The translations under genes and the position numbers were made by a program. Shown one piece after another: positions 10,442 through 20,475 of a DNA stretch of 64,000 bases; the stretch's first letter is position 1; every line of letters starts with the position of its first letter. The stretch covers positions 1 through 64,000 of IMG/VR virus record IMGVR_UViG_3300010938_000951. One strand, written 5' to 3'. Below the pieces are notes generated by a model. It saw only the letters and a program-made list of their open reading frames with translations. It ran no database searches and was not told the DNA's origin.

Positions 10442-11476
10442 ATGTCTGATATTCTTCTTGCCAAACCAAAGCTGCCACCTGATTGGATCGACGTTTCCGT
10501 AGGTGAACCACATCTTGTTAAAGATAATCTAATTAAAGTCTTTCAATTAGAAGAAGAACTTAAGATTGGTCATCTTAAAGTAGATGATTTAGTTTACCCC
10601 GCTCCAACAGGGTATCAGCCTTTAGTCAGGCATTTAGAAGAAAAACATGGGGCTCCAGTTATCATTACTAATGGTGCCAAACAAGCGTTAGGTGCCTGCT
10701 TTTATGCCCTACGAAAATTGGGCAAAGAGTATGTGGCTATGAGGAATCCACATTGGTGTTTAATTCCACCTCTAGCTAGAATGCATGACCTGGAGCCCAC
10801 CTTTTCCGATCCTGATGTAGAATCGGGAGACCCGTATCTTTTATTGGCGCCTAATAATCCAGATGGATTTTGTCAATCACCAGAAGAATTAAAAGAATTA
10901 TCTGCCGAATATAAAGAAGCTGGTGTGCCTTTTATTCATGATGCGGCATATTACACCCACATTTATCTACCAGAAACACATACGCTACCTAAGATTGGTG
11001 ATGTTCAGATTTACTCTATCAGTAAAATGCTCGGGTTATCTGGTCTTAGAATAGGATACGCCGTTTGCCACAATCCTGAATATTATAAATTGATTCAGGA
11101 ATATATGGAAGCTATGACGGTAGGAGTTTCCATCTCCTCTCAGACGTGGCTTTATGATTTGTTAGACCGTCGTATGCGTAGCTTTCCAACATTAGTTCAA
11201 CAGTTCGAAGGAACCACTTCGTTGCAGTTAGAGGCTAATAAAAAACTCTGTCTTCAGATAGATCCAGAAGTTTTAGAGGTACCTGCCACTTCTGTTCAAG
11301 TACCTGGCATGTTTGGTTGGTTCAAGACAGGGCCAAAATTTAGCGTTGAAAAATCGAAAATTAATTTTATTGACGGGGCCTTGTTTGGCATGCCGGGCAT
11401 GATTAGAATGAATTTGGCATTTGACCACGCCCGAATGCAAGAAGTGGTCAATCGATTAAACTCTTGTAAAGAGTAA
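10442..11476 (+). CDS. PLP-dependent aminotransferase class I/II
   Basis: TNGAKQAL, PNNPDG, HDAAY, SISKMLGLSGLRIGY. Confidence 0.9.
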   Translation: MSDILLAKPKLPPDWIDVSVGEPHLVKDNLIKVFQLEEELKIGHLKVDDLVYPAPTGYQPLVRHLEEKHGAPVIITNGAKQALGACFYALRKLGKEYVAMRNPHWCLIPPLARMHDLEPTFSDPDVESGDPYLLLAPNNPDGFCQSPEELKELSAEYKEAGVPFIHDAAYYTHIYLPETHTLPKIGDVQIYSISKMLGLSGLRIGYAVCHNPEYYKLIQEYMEAMTVGVSISSQTWLYDLLDRRMRSFPTLVQQFEGTTSLQLEANKKLCLQIDPEVLEVPATSVQVPGMFGWFKTGPKFSVEKSKINFIDGALFGMPGMIRMNLAFDHARMQEVVNRLNSCKE

Positions 11477-11484
11477 GAAGTAAT

Positions 11485-11856
11485 ATGTATATTTACTATG
11501 TTTGGGTTACAGCTTTATTGCCTTCATACCAAGATGGATTAATTGCAGGATTAGTTCAACGTGGTTATATGGTAGGACCAGCAGCTAAAGACGGCAAAGT
11601 TTCAATGGCTGTTGAGGGTTGTCCGGCTGTATTGATTGCCCTTTCTGTTTACAAACAGGAAGAAGAAGTAGACGTTAAAAAAATCTACGAAGATGTTTTG
11701 GCGGTTCTTACAGAGATTCCCGCCAGATATTATTCTGTGGTGATTTCACTTTCTCACGAAGCAACATGGGTTGGTGCTAATTTTACCTTACCAGCTAAGA
11801 GTAAAAAAGAACCCCCACCTGTTCCTCCTGCCGGCAAAAAGACTAATATGAATTAA
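11485..11856 (+). CDS. hypothetical protein
   Basis: ORF in operon. Confidence 0.6.
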   Translation: MYIYYVWVTALLPSYQDGLIAGLVQRGYMVGPAAKDGKVSMAVEGCPAVLIALSVYKQEEEVDVKKIYEDVLAVLTEIPARYYSVVISLSHEATWVGANFTLPAKSKKEPPPVPPAGKKTNMN

Positions 11857-11872
11857 ATGGCATTAACACAAT

Positions 11873-12088
11873 ATGCCAAAAGTCCCGTACGAGCGTATTG
11901 CTCCAGAAGCTAATAAGCTTTTTGAAAAAATGACTACAGCACCAGACCTAAAAACTGTTAGGTTCTGGTATGAAGCTTATGTCTCTTTACTAGAAGCAGC
12001 CGGCTGGGATCCAGTTTCTTTTGATAAAGAGACTCAAAAGAGAGTTGATGAAGGCTGGGAAGATACTAAGCCTGTTATTTGGAATTAA
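11873..12088 (+). CDS. hypothetical protein
   Basis: ORF in operon. Confidence 0.55.
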   Translation: MPKVPYERIAPEANKLFEKMTTAPDLKTVRFWYEAYVSLLEAAGWDPVSFDKETQKRVDEGWEDTKPVIWN

Positions 12089-12090
12089 AA

Positions 12091-12750
12091 ATGTTTAATA
12101 AGAAAGTTGCTTGTGGAGAGTTTGTAAAGAGACAAACTCCGGAATCAGGATATTCTCATTTTGATGGAACCTGGGAACAGTTAGAAGAGTTAGTTACCAA
12201 GCAAATGGAAAGCGATCCTACTAGAGTTCGTCCGGGATACAAAGATGGTGTGGTTCTAGTAGATTTAGTATCTTATGGTTTTAAATCTGCTATTGTGAAA
12301 TTAACTGAGGAAACAAAGTTAACTGCCAATTATGCGCCTCGAAGACTAGGAGAAGATCCTTTTATTCGAGTGTCAGCAAAAGCTAAAAAACAACCAGCCA
12401 AATATGCATCTGTCGTGTTATATCGACACGACGTTCTTGCAGAGAACAACGAACGTGAAACAGATGCTGAGTGGGAAATTGTAGCAATTAAAGCTAGAGT
12501 TACAGAGGAAGAAGAGCCAATGGATCCATATACAATGGCTCGCAATTTTCTTCACCTTAAAGGTGGAACTAAAGGTGATTTTACGGCTGAGCAATTTGCT
12601 CAGTCAATTTTGTATTGGAATAACCATTGTATGACTACTGGTAAGCCAAAATGGTATAAAAAGATCGCAGCGTGGTTTCGACAACTACGCCATGATATTA
12701 TTGAGGGCGGTCTGAGATTGTGGAACAACATACCTTATTTGAAAGATTGA
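12091..12750 (+). CDS. DUF3228-like protein
   Basis: VVLYRHDVLAE, WEIVAIKA, EEPMDPYTMARN...GG. Confidence 0.65.
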   Translation: MFNKKVACGEFVKRQTPESGYSHFDGTWEQLEELVTKQMESDPTRVRPGYKDGVVLVDLVSYGFKSAIVKLTEETKLTANYAPRRLGEDPFIRVSAKAKKQPAKYASVVLYRHDVLAENNERETDAEWEIVAIKARVTEEEEPMDPYTMARNFLHLKGGTKGDFTAEQFAQSILYWNNHCMTTGKPKWYKKIAAWFRQLRHDIIEGGLRLWNNIPYLKD

Positions 12751-12770
12751 TATCTAAAGTAGAGGAAATA

Positions 12771-14348
12771 ATGAGAAAAGCAGTTGCGAAAAAGGTTGAT
12801 ACGAAGGCTGATGCGAAGATTGCATTTAATACGGCAGTTCTAAAAGAGGTGGTCAAGGGCTATGAAAAAGATTTGCCCCTGTCTCTTGGAAAAGATCGAG
12901 TAACAGAAATCGTGCTCACCGATGAAAACAAGGATCTCTTGGAATTCCTTCAGGATAACATTCCACTTACTGCTGCGCAAAGCGTAATGCTTTCTAAGTG
13001 GTTGTATGGAGATAAACCAACCAACCTATCTGAAGTGTCAGCCAGTTCGGTTAATGAATTCTTCAGGAAGATTGCGCATCTTACCACTTCACCTGATCCG
13101 CTAATCGAGGTTAAGATTGCCAACAAATGGTATCCTGTAAAAGCTAGCGTATCTAAGTTCAAGACTTTTATGGGAGATCATATTATTGATTTCCATTTCT
13201 ATGCTAAGTTGGGCGACCTTCAGTTTCAGAAGAGATTCTACATTGGATCATGGGACTTCACTGATAACGATGATAGGCCATGGAAGCGAACCTTTGATGA
13301 GGTTCTTGCTAAGAAGAATATCCGTGCAGCCTCTCCAGAGTCTATTGAAAGGGCTAAGAAGCTGAATGCGCAAATCATTGCTTTCAGCAATGAAACCAAC
13401 AAGCAATATGATGCTTGGGGTGTTGGCCTTGTTAACGGCTGGTGGGGATTTGAGGAAGTCAACGTTGGTTGGAAAGATTCTCCAACACCAGTTATCGTTG
13501 AGCCGGATTTGGAAAACGAAGATGCTCATGATGACAGGCACCAAGGTAACGAGTGGCATTTGCCATTTGTCCGCGTCTTCTCTTTGAAACATAAGGGATA
13601 TATTTATGTGGATGTTGAGTCCATGAAGGAACATGTTTATCATCGAGATGGTCGAAATAAGATTGTTCTTCCGAAGAAAATGTTTACTGCATTGGATAGT
13701 ATTTTCAATGCTCAAAGGGAAAACATTTTCGGCGACTTGTTCCATGGCCGCCATGGTGGTATCGTAGTTATGGCTAACGGACCATCTGGTGTGGGTAAGA
13801 CTTTGACTGCTGAAGTTTTTGCTGAGTTTCAGGAACGCCCACTCTACTCTATTGAGATGAGTGAGATTGGTACCTCCGTAACTTCTGTTGAGGAAAATTT
13901 GCAGAAAATCTTTGCTCGTGCAAAGAAATGGAATGCAGTTCTTCTCTTTGACGAAGCAGATATCTTCTTGTCAGAGCGTGAAGCGTCCGACCTCGAACGT
14001 TCTGCAATCGTTGGTATCTTCTTGCGTTTGCTAGATTATTACGAGGGTACCTTCTTCCTTACTACCAATCGTGGTGAGGGAATTGATAAAGCGTTCAAGT
14101 CTCGTGTTACACTATACTTGAATTATCCAGAACTTTCTGCGGATACCCGTAAGAAGATTTGGCAGACAATGCTACAGGCAGCTAATGCCAATGTAACAGT
14201 TGATACTGTGACTTGGGATGACATTGCTGCTAAGCCGCTCAATGGTCGCCAGATTCGTAACCAAGTTCGTTTGCTCAAACTAATGTATCCAGATGGCAAC
14301 ATGGCCACCTCGAACATTGTTGAGAGTATGGAATTCACGGCAATCTAA
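12771..14348 (+). CDS. AAA+ ATPase
   Basis: Walker A GPSGVGKT, Walker B LLFDEAD, FLTTNR, LNGRQIRN. Confidence 0.9.
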   Translation: MRKAVAKKVDTKADAKIAFNTAVLKEVVKGYEKDLPLSLGKDRVTEIVLTDENKDLLEFLQDNIPLTAAQSVMLSKWLYGDKPTNLSEVSASSVNEFFRKIAHLTTSPDPLIEVKIANKWYPVKASVSKFKTFMGDHIIDFHFYAKLGDLQFQKRFYIGSWDFTDNDDRPWKRTFDEVLAKKNIRAASPESIERAKKLNAQIIAFSNETNKQYDAWGVGLVNGWWGFEEVNVGWKDSPTPVIVEPDLENEDAHDDRHQGNEWHLPFVRVFSLKHKGYIYVDVESMKEHVYHRDGRNKIVLPKKMFTALDSIFNAQRENIFGDLFHGRHGGIVVMANGPSGVGKTLTAEVFAEFQERPLYSIEMSEIGTSVTSVEENLQKIFARAKKWNAVLLFDEADIFLSEREASDLERSAIVGIFLRLLDYYEGTFFLTTNRGEGIDKAFKSRVTLYLNYPELSADTRKKIWQTMLQAANANVTVDTVTWDDIAAKPLNGRQIRNQVRLLKLMYPDGNMATSNIVESMEFTAI

Positions 14349-14695
14349 TGAAAGAGCGTACAGAAAGAAATCGCCATCCAGGGTGGGCGGTTCGATTTGT
14401 AGATGGTAGTTGGCTAGCATACGCTCATGGATGGCATCTATTTGAAGATGCCTTTTATGCTAGAATCTTTTCCTCTGCCCAAGAAGCTGAGGATGCCGTT
14501 AAAGATGCGGCAGATGACTTTACCAAGCTGGACGAGTATGATATCGTTCCAGCTTGGGAGCCAGTCTGTGAGCAACTACGTCATGACGTAGCGCAGCTAG
14601 AACATGCCAACAAGTTTAGCCCGAATGATATATTTGAGATAACAATGGATTTAGAAGCCATTCTTGCAAGATTAAAGGAAAGAAATGATCATTGA
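14348..14695 (+). CDS. hypothetical protein
   Basis: TAATG coupling. Confidence 0.6.
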   Translation: MKERTERNRHPGWAVRFVDGSWLAYAHGWHLFEDAFYARIFSSAQEAEDAVKDAADDFTKLDEYDIVPAWEPVCEQLRHDVAQLEHANKFSPNDIFEITMDLEAILARLKERNDH

Positions 14696-15527
14696 CTGTC
14701 ATGTCCATTTGGGACGCAACGATCATATTAAGGCTAATGTAAGTGAATTACTTACATCTATGGATGGAGCAAAGATTGACAAAGCCATGGTGTTTGCTGG
14801 CGATCTGAATGCTTATCCAACTTATGAGATGCTAAAAGAAATTGAGCCATACCGTGACAGATTGTATGGAGTGGCTGCTTGGAATTTTGGGCATGTCGTT
14901 AATATCACTTCACCAGAATATGGGGCGTGGGCTCTTGGTACACCTCAACGAGATATTTACCGCAAGTTATACCATGCAGGATTAATTTCTGCCGTTAAAT
15001 TCTATACAGGCTATGATCATTACATGCCTAATGGAGAACAAGTTAGGTACGCCTTAGATGAATTAAACAAAGTAAAATGCCCAGTTATCTTTCATATGGG
15101 AGATTGTTTAAATTCTGTGCATCGTGCCAAACTTAAGTATGCGCACCCTTTACACATCGATGATATTGCGGTAGATTATCCCGATATTAATTTCATCATT
15201 GCCCATATGGGATATCCATGGGTCCGTGATACAGCCGAAGTTTGCTATAAGAACAAAAATGTTTTTACCGATATTTCTGGTTTTGTTTATGGAGAATTCA
15301 ATAAGGATGATGTAGGAAAATTTGGTAAGACACTACAGGAGTTTTTAGATATTGCTGACAGTAGTAAACTATTGTTTGGTACGGATTGGCCAATTTCCAA
15401 TCAACGTTCATATCTAGAAACACTAGACTACCTTGCAAATGTTGCTCCGTCCTTAAAAATGAGAGAAATTCTTTCACCTCAATATATGACCAAGAATACT
15501 CAACAAGCATTCAAACTCAATGTCTAA
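14685..15527 (+). CDS. amidohydrolase family (TIM-barrel metal hydrolase)
   Basis: IIDCHVH, FHMG, IAHMGYPW, LFGTDWP. Confidence 0.9.
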   Translation: MIIDCHVHLGRNDHIKANVSELLTSMDGAKIDKAMVFAGDLNAYPTYEMLKEIEPYRDRLYGVAAWNFGHVVNITSPEYGAWALGTPQRDIYRKLYHAGLISAVKFYTGYDHYMPNGEQVRYALDELNKVKCPVIFHMGDCLNSVHRAKLKYAHPLHIDDIAVDYPDINFIIAHMGYPWVRDTAEVCYKNKNVFTDISGFVYGEFNKDDVGKFGKTLQEFLDIADSSKLLFGTDWPISNQRSYLETLDYLANVAPSLKMREILSPQYMTKNTQQAFKLNV

Positions 15528-16134
15528 GCTAAAGATTAGAACCCAAGGAGATATGGCTGCTGGTTCCATCAAGCATCGTATTGCTATGGAAGATCCGGAA
15601 GCTAACTATCGAGATTGGAATAAAAACGTAGCAGATTCTTTAAAGGGAAAGTCTGATGAAGAAATCCGACAAATCCTTCGGGCTACTGCTAATCCTTTCT
15701 CAGTGTGTTTTGAACACTGGCTGGGTGATTTTAATATGGCTACTGGTATTAGAAATGCTAATGGTTTCAATGCTAAAGAAATTTTTTACATTGGAGATAA
15801 GAAGTGGGATCGGCGTGGAGCAGTAGGCGTTCATAATTATACAGAAGTTCAATGGATTCCTACTGTTAGCGATCTGGCTTCTCTACAAAACAAATATACT
15901 TTTGTAGGCATTGATAACGTTCCGGGTTCGGTACCTATGGCTGATTATGAGTGGCCAGAGAATACTCTAATGATTTTCGGAGAAGAGGGGCCGGGACTGA
16001 CGCCAGCTATGCAGTCCTTCTGCAAAGATATTGTTCACATAGAAATGTTTGGTAGTGTTCGATCTTTTAATTGTGGATCGGCCTCGGCTATTGCTATGTA
16101 TGACTTTGTTACAAAGTATAGGGCAAAACTATGA
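15520..16134 (+). CDS. TrmH/SpoU family RNA 2'-O-methyltransferase
   Basis: NMATGIRNA, IFGEEGPG, IEMFGSVRSFNCGSA (SPOUT motifs). Confidence 0.85.
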   Translation: MSKLKIRTQGDMAAGSIKHRIAMEDPEANYRDWNKNVADSLKGKSDEEIRQILRATANPFSVCFEHWLGDFNMATGIRNANGFNAKEIFYIGDKKWDRRGAVGVHNYTEVQWIPTVSDLASLQNKYTFVGIDNVPGSVPMADYEWPENTLMIFGEEGPGLTPAMQSFCKDIVHIEMFGSVRSFNCGSASAIAMYDFVTKYRAKL

Positions 16135-16463
16135 TTTTCTGGATTTTGTTAGCTATAAGTGTCTGGATTATGGGGGCTGTAGTTTTTGGCGCTTTGGATG
16201 GTTGGTTTGAATATGGAATGACAGAGGGTGAATTGTTTTGGTCATCAGTGTTTTGGCCTATAATTGTTCCTCTGGTTCTTCCATTTCTATTGTATGAGTT
16301 TTTGCATGCAAAATTGAAGGAAGCTAAGAAGAAAAAGAAAATTAGAATTGCTAACGAAGAGAAAATTAGAATTGCAGCAGAAAAAGAATTAGAAAAAATT
16401 GAAGAGGAAATTGAAGCTTCTCTTCAAGAAGAAGCCAAAAAACCCAGGCGCCTTAAACGTTAG
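16131..16463 (+). CDS. small membrane protein
   Basis: two TM helices plus charged tail. Confidence 0.6.
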   Translation: MIFWILLAISVWIMGAVVFGALDGWFEYGMTEGELFWSSVFWPIIVPLVLPFLLYEFLHAKLKEAKKKKKIRIANEEKIRIAAEKELEKIEEEIEASLQEEAKKPRRLKR

Positions 16464-16489
16464 ATGCGTTTTCTAAAAATTAGCGGGGG

Positions 16490-16517
16490 TTGACCGCGCT
16501 AAATCTATGATTATATT
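16490..16517 (+). promoter_or_regulatory. sigma70-like promoter
   Basis: TTGACC-N16-TATATT. Confidence 0.6.
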
Positions 16518-16527
16518 TTGGCATAAC

Positions 16528-16790
16528 TGGAGAGACGCGCAGGATAGCTTCCTGCTATTGAGATGGAAACTCAAGAATACTGGAGTCGCTACCAGAAAGC
16601 CACCCCTGCTTGGGATAAAAGTTCGCTGAAAGGACAGCGATGTTTTAACTATGTTATTATGAAAGTTACAGAGTAAGAATCTATAATATAAGTAATAGCT
16701 CTTTTAGTTAAGATAGAAACGGACCACCCAGATAACAACACAGATGATTGACTTAGTTCTCATCGCAGAAACGGGTTAAGCCGTCTCCTT
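16528..16790 (+). ncRNA. unknown ~260-nt structured RNA
   Basis: ORF-free gap right after promoter; ends pair (GGAGA...TCTCC); several internal hairpins. Confidence 0.55.
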
Positions 16791-16819
16791 TTATTCTGAA
16801 TTTAAATTGAGAAAGAATC

Positions 16820-17155
16820 ATGAGCGAATTGGATAAAGATTTCGATAGCCTAGTTGCGCAAATTAATACCAAATTAGCAGAGGCCGCAGATGCGATGAAA
16901 GAGGTTAATAGGTTACGAGTAAAAGCCGGACTTAACTCTCTTATCTTTTCACAATGGGAAAGAGAGTATATTTATGAAAAAGTCTCTCGTGAAGTAAATG
17001 AATCTGAAGATTCACTTCATCCCGATCTTGATGAAGATGAAATCATTGATATGAAAATGGATGAGATTGCTGCTAGATATGATCGTATTCAAACTGATGC
17101 GCTAGAGCAAGAACTTAATCAGGCTGGGTGGTCTACGTCTAGCTCTTACTGCTGA
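16820..17155 (+). CDS. hypothetical protein
   Basis: similar to C-terminal half of 5789..6274. Confidence 0.6.
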   Translation: MSELDKDFDSLVAQINTKLAEAADAMKEVNRLRVKAGLNSLIFSQWEREYIYEKVSREVNESEDSLHPDLDEDEIIDMKMDEIAARYDRIQTDALEQELNQAGWSTSSSYC

Positions 17156-17161
17156 GGTAAT

Positions 17162-17590
17162 ATGAAAGAAGCTGGAGTAATGCTTATCATTAAAGATGGC
17201 CTGATCTTATCAGTATCTCGCAGATATGATAAGAATATCTTTGGTTTGCCTGGAGGTAAGTTCAACCCCGAACCACCTGATAATGACCGAAATACTAAAG
17301 ATACTGCCATTAGAGAGACTGCAGAAGAAACGTCGGTAAAGGTTCATGATGCTACTTTCATTTATGAGAGAGTAGAACTTGGCGGCGGCCCTAACCCTGT
17401 CGATTATTATAGTCGATGTTACTATGCAACTTCTTGGGAAGGCGTTCCGCAGAACTCGGAAGAAGGGGAAGTAAAATGGCTAACTGCCGAAGAACTTACT
17501 TCTACTAAAGCTGCCTTTGGTGATTATAATCGAAAAACTTTGGACATCTTCAAAAAGATGTATCCTGATGTCTATATTAAAGGAGAATAA
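17162..17590 (+). CDS. NUDIX hydrolase
   Basis: LPGGK...TAIRETAEET Nudix box. Confidence 0.85.
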   Translation: MKEAGVMLIIKDGLILSVSRRYDKNIFGLPGGKFNPEPPDNDRNTKDTAIRETAEETSVKVHDATFIYERVELGGGPNPVDYYSRCYYATSWEGVPQNSEEGEVKWLTAEELTSTKAAFGDYNRKTLDIFKKMYPDVYIKGE

Positions 17591-17592
17591 AA

Positions 17593-17895
17593 ATGCCTGG
17601 TCCTAAGCAGAATAATCGTCGTGTTTACCCTGATGCTACTCGTCAACCACGCCATTTGGATTCGCTCCGAAAGCGTGAAGCTAAAGAGCGCCAAGAGGCA
17701 TATGCAAAACTCTCTTTAGAAGAGAAGCTTGCCCGCCTTCCGGCCGCACCCGCCGCAGCTAAACAGCGCGCCAAGTTAACGGCCCTTCTGGAAAAGAAGA
17801 ATCAAAAAGTTGAGAACGAAAAACTTGTTGCCGAACAAACTGCGGCAACTGAACAAATCAAACAAACTAAGAAGTCTAAGAAAGGACAAAGCTGA
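17593..17895 (+). CDS. basic hypothetical protein
   Basis: AAGGAG RBS. Confidence 0.6.
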   Translation: MPGPKQNNRRVYPDATRQPRHLDSLRKREAKERQEAYAKLSLEEKLARLPAAPAAAKQRAKLTALLEKKNQKVENEKLVAEQTAATEQIKQTKKSKKGQS

Positions 17896-17896
17896 G

Positions 17897-18589
17897 ATGA
17901 AATTTTATAGTGTTATGATGGCCGTGATGCTTGGTGTTACTGGTGTCACTGTTTCTGGTTGTGATCTTGCTGACAAGGGTGTTGCCAAATACGACACTTT
18001 AGTTGATAAAGATGAAGCCTGTTCTAGGGCTTGGGCCGATTATGAGTCTAACCTAACTCGTCGTGCACAGATGGTCCCGCAGCTAGTTGCGATTGTAAAA
18101 GCGCAATCTGCCAATGAGTCTACCACCTTGCTTGCCATTGCTCAGGCACAAGCCAATGCAACTCGCCCAGAAATTAAGCTTGACCCAAAGCAGGGTGATT
18201 TGGAAGACCCGCAGAAGTTTGCAGCTTATCAGAAAGCCCAAGCTTCTCTTGGCACTCAGTTGAGCCGACTCTTGGTGCAAGCTCCTGCACAGTATCCAAC
18301 TCTTGGTGCCAATGCAGCATTCCATGATCTTCAAGTTCAAATTGAAGGTACTGAGAACCGACTGCTTCGTGCCCGTGAGCAATACAACAAGGCAGTTGAA
18401 GCCTTTAATAAGGAACTACGCCATGTGAGTGGTAAAGTTATCAATCCGGTAACTGGCCATGAATTTAAGCCCAAGGCTTATTTCCAGGCGGATGAGTCTG
18501 ATAAGGCCGCTCCAAAACTTGACTTCGGTGCACCTCCTGTTCAGACGGCGGTAACACCAGCTCCTGTTGCACCAACTCCTAGTAAGTAA
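17897..18589 (+). CDS. lemA: LemA family protein (lipoprotein-like N-terminus)
   Basis: RRAQMVPQLV, YPTL.AN..F.DLQ.QIEGTENR...AR..YN.AV. Confidence 0.9.
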   Translation: MKFYSVMMAVMLGVTGVTVSGCDLADKGVAKYDTLVDKDEACSRAWADYESNLTRRAQMVPQLVAIVKAQSANESTTLLAIAQAQANATRPEIKLDPKQGDLEDPQKFAAYQKAQASLGTQLSRLLVQAPAQYPTLGANAAFHDLQVQIEGTENRLLRAREQYNKAVEAFNKELRHVSGKVINPVTGHEFKPKAYFQADESDKAAPKLDFGAPPVQTAVTPAPVAPTPSK

Positions 18590-18599
18590 TTGAGCGCGA

Positions 18600-18845
18600 A
18601 TGAATGGTCCTAAAAATAAAAGTCTTCGCAAGACTGTGCGCCAAATTGAAGATGAGTTTGGCGTAGACAAAGATATCGAAGATATTGTAGATAATATCCT
18701 TAGTATTTTTGATGATGAGGAAGAAGATGAAGAAGAATCATTTGGTGGTTCTATCTTTGATTCTGATGATAGCGATGACGACTCTGACTCTGGAGATTTT
18801 GGAGATGGAGATTTTGGGGGAGGCGGCTCCTCCGATGATTGGTGA
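18600..18845 (+). CDS. acidic mini-protein with GDFGGGGSSDDW tail
   Basis: tail shared with three downstream genes. Confidence 0.6.
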   Translation: MNGPKNKSLRKTVRQIEDEFGVDKDIEDIVDNILSIFDDEEEDEEESFGGSIFDSDDSDDDSDSGDFGDGDFGGGGSSDDW

Positions 18846-18850
18846 GTCAA

Positions 18851-18958
18851 ATGACATTGCTAATTATTATTGTTGTGGTAATTTTACTTCTCCTATTGCT
18901 TGGTTCTAAGTTTGGTGGAGGAGATTTCGGAGGCGGTGGTTCGTCTTCTGATTGGTAA
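18851..18958 (+). CDS. 35-aa membrane peptide MTLLIIIVVVILLLLLLGSKFGGGDFGGGGSSSDW
   Basis: translated by hand; TM helix plus the same tail. Confidence 0.65.
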   Translation: MTLLIIIVVVILLLLLLGSKFGGGDFGGGGSSSDW

Positions 18959-18977
18959 TTTTATATAAGAGGATAAT

Positions 18978-19208
18978 ATGACAACTTTATTGTTTGTGTT
19001 AGTGCTAGTATTATTTGTATTAGCGGTTGTGTGGGTACTTGTCAAGCTACTTGGTAGTGGTAGTGGCTCTGGTTGGGGTGGCGGAAGCTCCTCCGGTGGA
19101 AGTTGGGGAGGCGGCAGTTCCTCTGGCGGTTCGTCTAGTTCTTCTTCGGATAGTGGAAGTTTTGGCGGCGGTGATTCCGGTGGTGGAGGCTCCAGTTCTA
19201 GCTGGTGA
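18978..19208 (+). CDS. membrane peptide with Gly/Ser tail ending GGGGSSSSW
   Basis: GAGG RBS, TM helix, same tail. Confidence 0.65.
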   Translation: MTTLLFVLVLVLFVLAVVWVLVKLLGSGSGSGWGGGSSSGGSWGGGSSSGGSSSSSSDSGSFGGGDSGGGGSSSSW

Positions 19209-19217
19209 TTCTGAGCA

Positions 19218-20402
19218 ATGAAGAAAATTGTCGCTATGTTAGTTGCTTTGGTAGCAACCTTGTTCACAGTGAATGCTTTAGCATTTACACCGCCTCCATC
19301 TCCTGCACCTGCAAGTTGGATCTCAGATAGTTCTCACGTACTTTCTGATGATGCTCACGCTCGATTAGATGCTAAATTAAGGCAGATTAATCAGAGTAGT
19401 GCTAATGAAATTGCAGCATTGATTATCCCATCTTTAGATGGTGAGGATATTGCCACTGTTGGAGACCTTACTGCTAAGGCATGGGGCGTTGGCAAGAAAG
19501 ACTTAGACAATGGAGTTCTAGTTGTTCTTGCTATGAAGGATCGTAAGTCACGCATCTCTACTGGTAAAGGTGTAGAGGGTGATCTTCCTGACCTAAAAGC
19601 CAATGATATTTTGGTAGCTGCCCGCCCTTATCTTCGTAAGGGTGATGTAGAAGGGGCACTTGGTTTTATCTTTGATAGTACCAGCAAAGCTATCGCCAAT
19701 CACAAAGCAGAGGTTGCAGCCGGAAAGTCTTCTGGTAGCTCAAGCCGTCCAGCATGTGATGTTTCAGGTGGTGTTGGAGCTGGTGATGGCACTGGTTGGG
19801 TACTAGTTTTAGTTGCTGGTGGTGCTATTGCTTTAGTTTGGTACCTTGCCGCTCAAGCAAAGCGTAGGCGCCAAGCTGAAGAAGCAGAACGTCAAGCTGC
19901 CAAACAAAGGTTAGAAGCTCGTAAACGACTGATTGAAGAGCGAGAAGCGGCCAGAAAACGAGATGAAGAACGACAGCGTAGAGAATCTCTAACTAAGAAA
20001 ACTCCAGTAGTAGATGTTCCAACTGTTCCTCGTCCAACTGTCCCGCGCCCCACACGTAAACCTGTAGAGCCTACTTCCCCAGTAGTGCCAGTAGGCGCAT
20101 CTGCTATTTCAGCCGCCGCATCTTTAGCCGCCGCTGAAGAGCAAACTCGTAGACAAAGAGCAGAAGCGGATCGTCGTAAGCGTGAACAAGAAGAAGAATC
20201 TCGACGAGCCCGAGAAAGAGCAGAAGAAGATCGTAGACGCCGAGAAAGAGACGAAGAAGACCGTCGTAGACGAGACTCTGAAAGCTCCTATAGTTCTAGC
20301 TCAAGTTCTAGTTGGTCTTCTGGTGGCTGGGATTCCGGCGGATCCTCTGGCGGATTCGGAGGCGGAGACTCAGGTGGTGGTGGATCATCTTCTGATTGGT
20401 GA
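19218..20402 (+). CDS. TPM domain protein (YgcG-like)
   Basis: signal peptide, WGVGKKDLDNGVL, STGKGVEGDLPD, TM helix, GGGDSGGGGSSSDW tail; beside lemA. Confidence 0.85.
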   Translation: MKKIVAMLVALVATLFTVNALAFTPPPSPAPASWISDSSHVLSDDAHARLDAKLRQINQSSANEIAALIIPSLDGEDIATVGDLTAKAWGVGKKDLDNGVLVVLAMKDRKSRISTGKGVEGDLPDLKANDILVAARPYLRKGDVEGALGFIFDSTSKAIANHKAEVAAGKSSGSSSRPACDVSGGVGAGDGTGWVLVLVAGGAIALVWYLAAQAKRRRQAEEAERQAAKQRLEARKRLIEEREAARKRDEERQRRESLTKKTPVVDVPTVPRPTVPRPTRKPVEPTSPVVPVGASAISAAASLAAAEEQTRRQRAEADRRKREQEEESRRARERAEEDRRRRERDEEDRRRRDSESSYSSSSSSSWSSGGWDSGGSSGGFGGGDSGGGGSSSDW

Positions 20403-20447
20403 TTTACGCTAGGTAAGTGCGATGCCATTAAATTCGCGCGTCCAACG

Positions 20448-20475
20448 GAGCCTAATCTTGACTGGTTAGGCTCTG
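20448..20475 (+). terminator. hairpin, putative terminator
   Basis: GAGCCTAATC/GGTTAGGCTC inverted repeat after operon. Confidence 0.45.

Noticed and set aside
16528-16790. Second RNase P RNA
   Set aside because: Only a faint motif echo; GAGGAAAGUC and a full P4 are absent.
18416-19267. Pro/Ser-rich minus-strand ORFs
   Set aside because: Antisense shadows of Gly/Ser-rich plus-strand genes.
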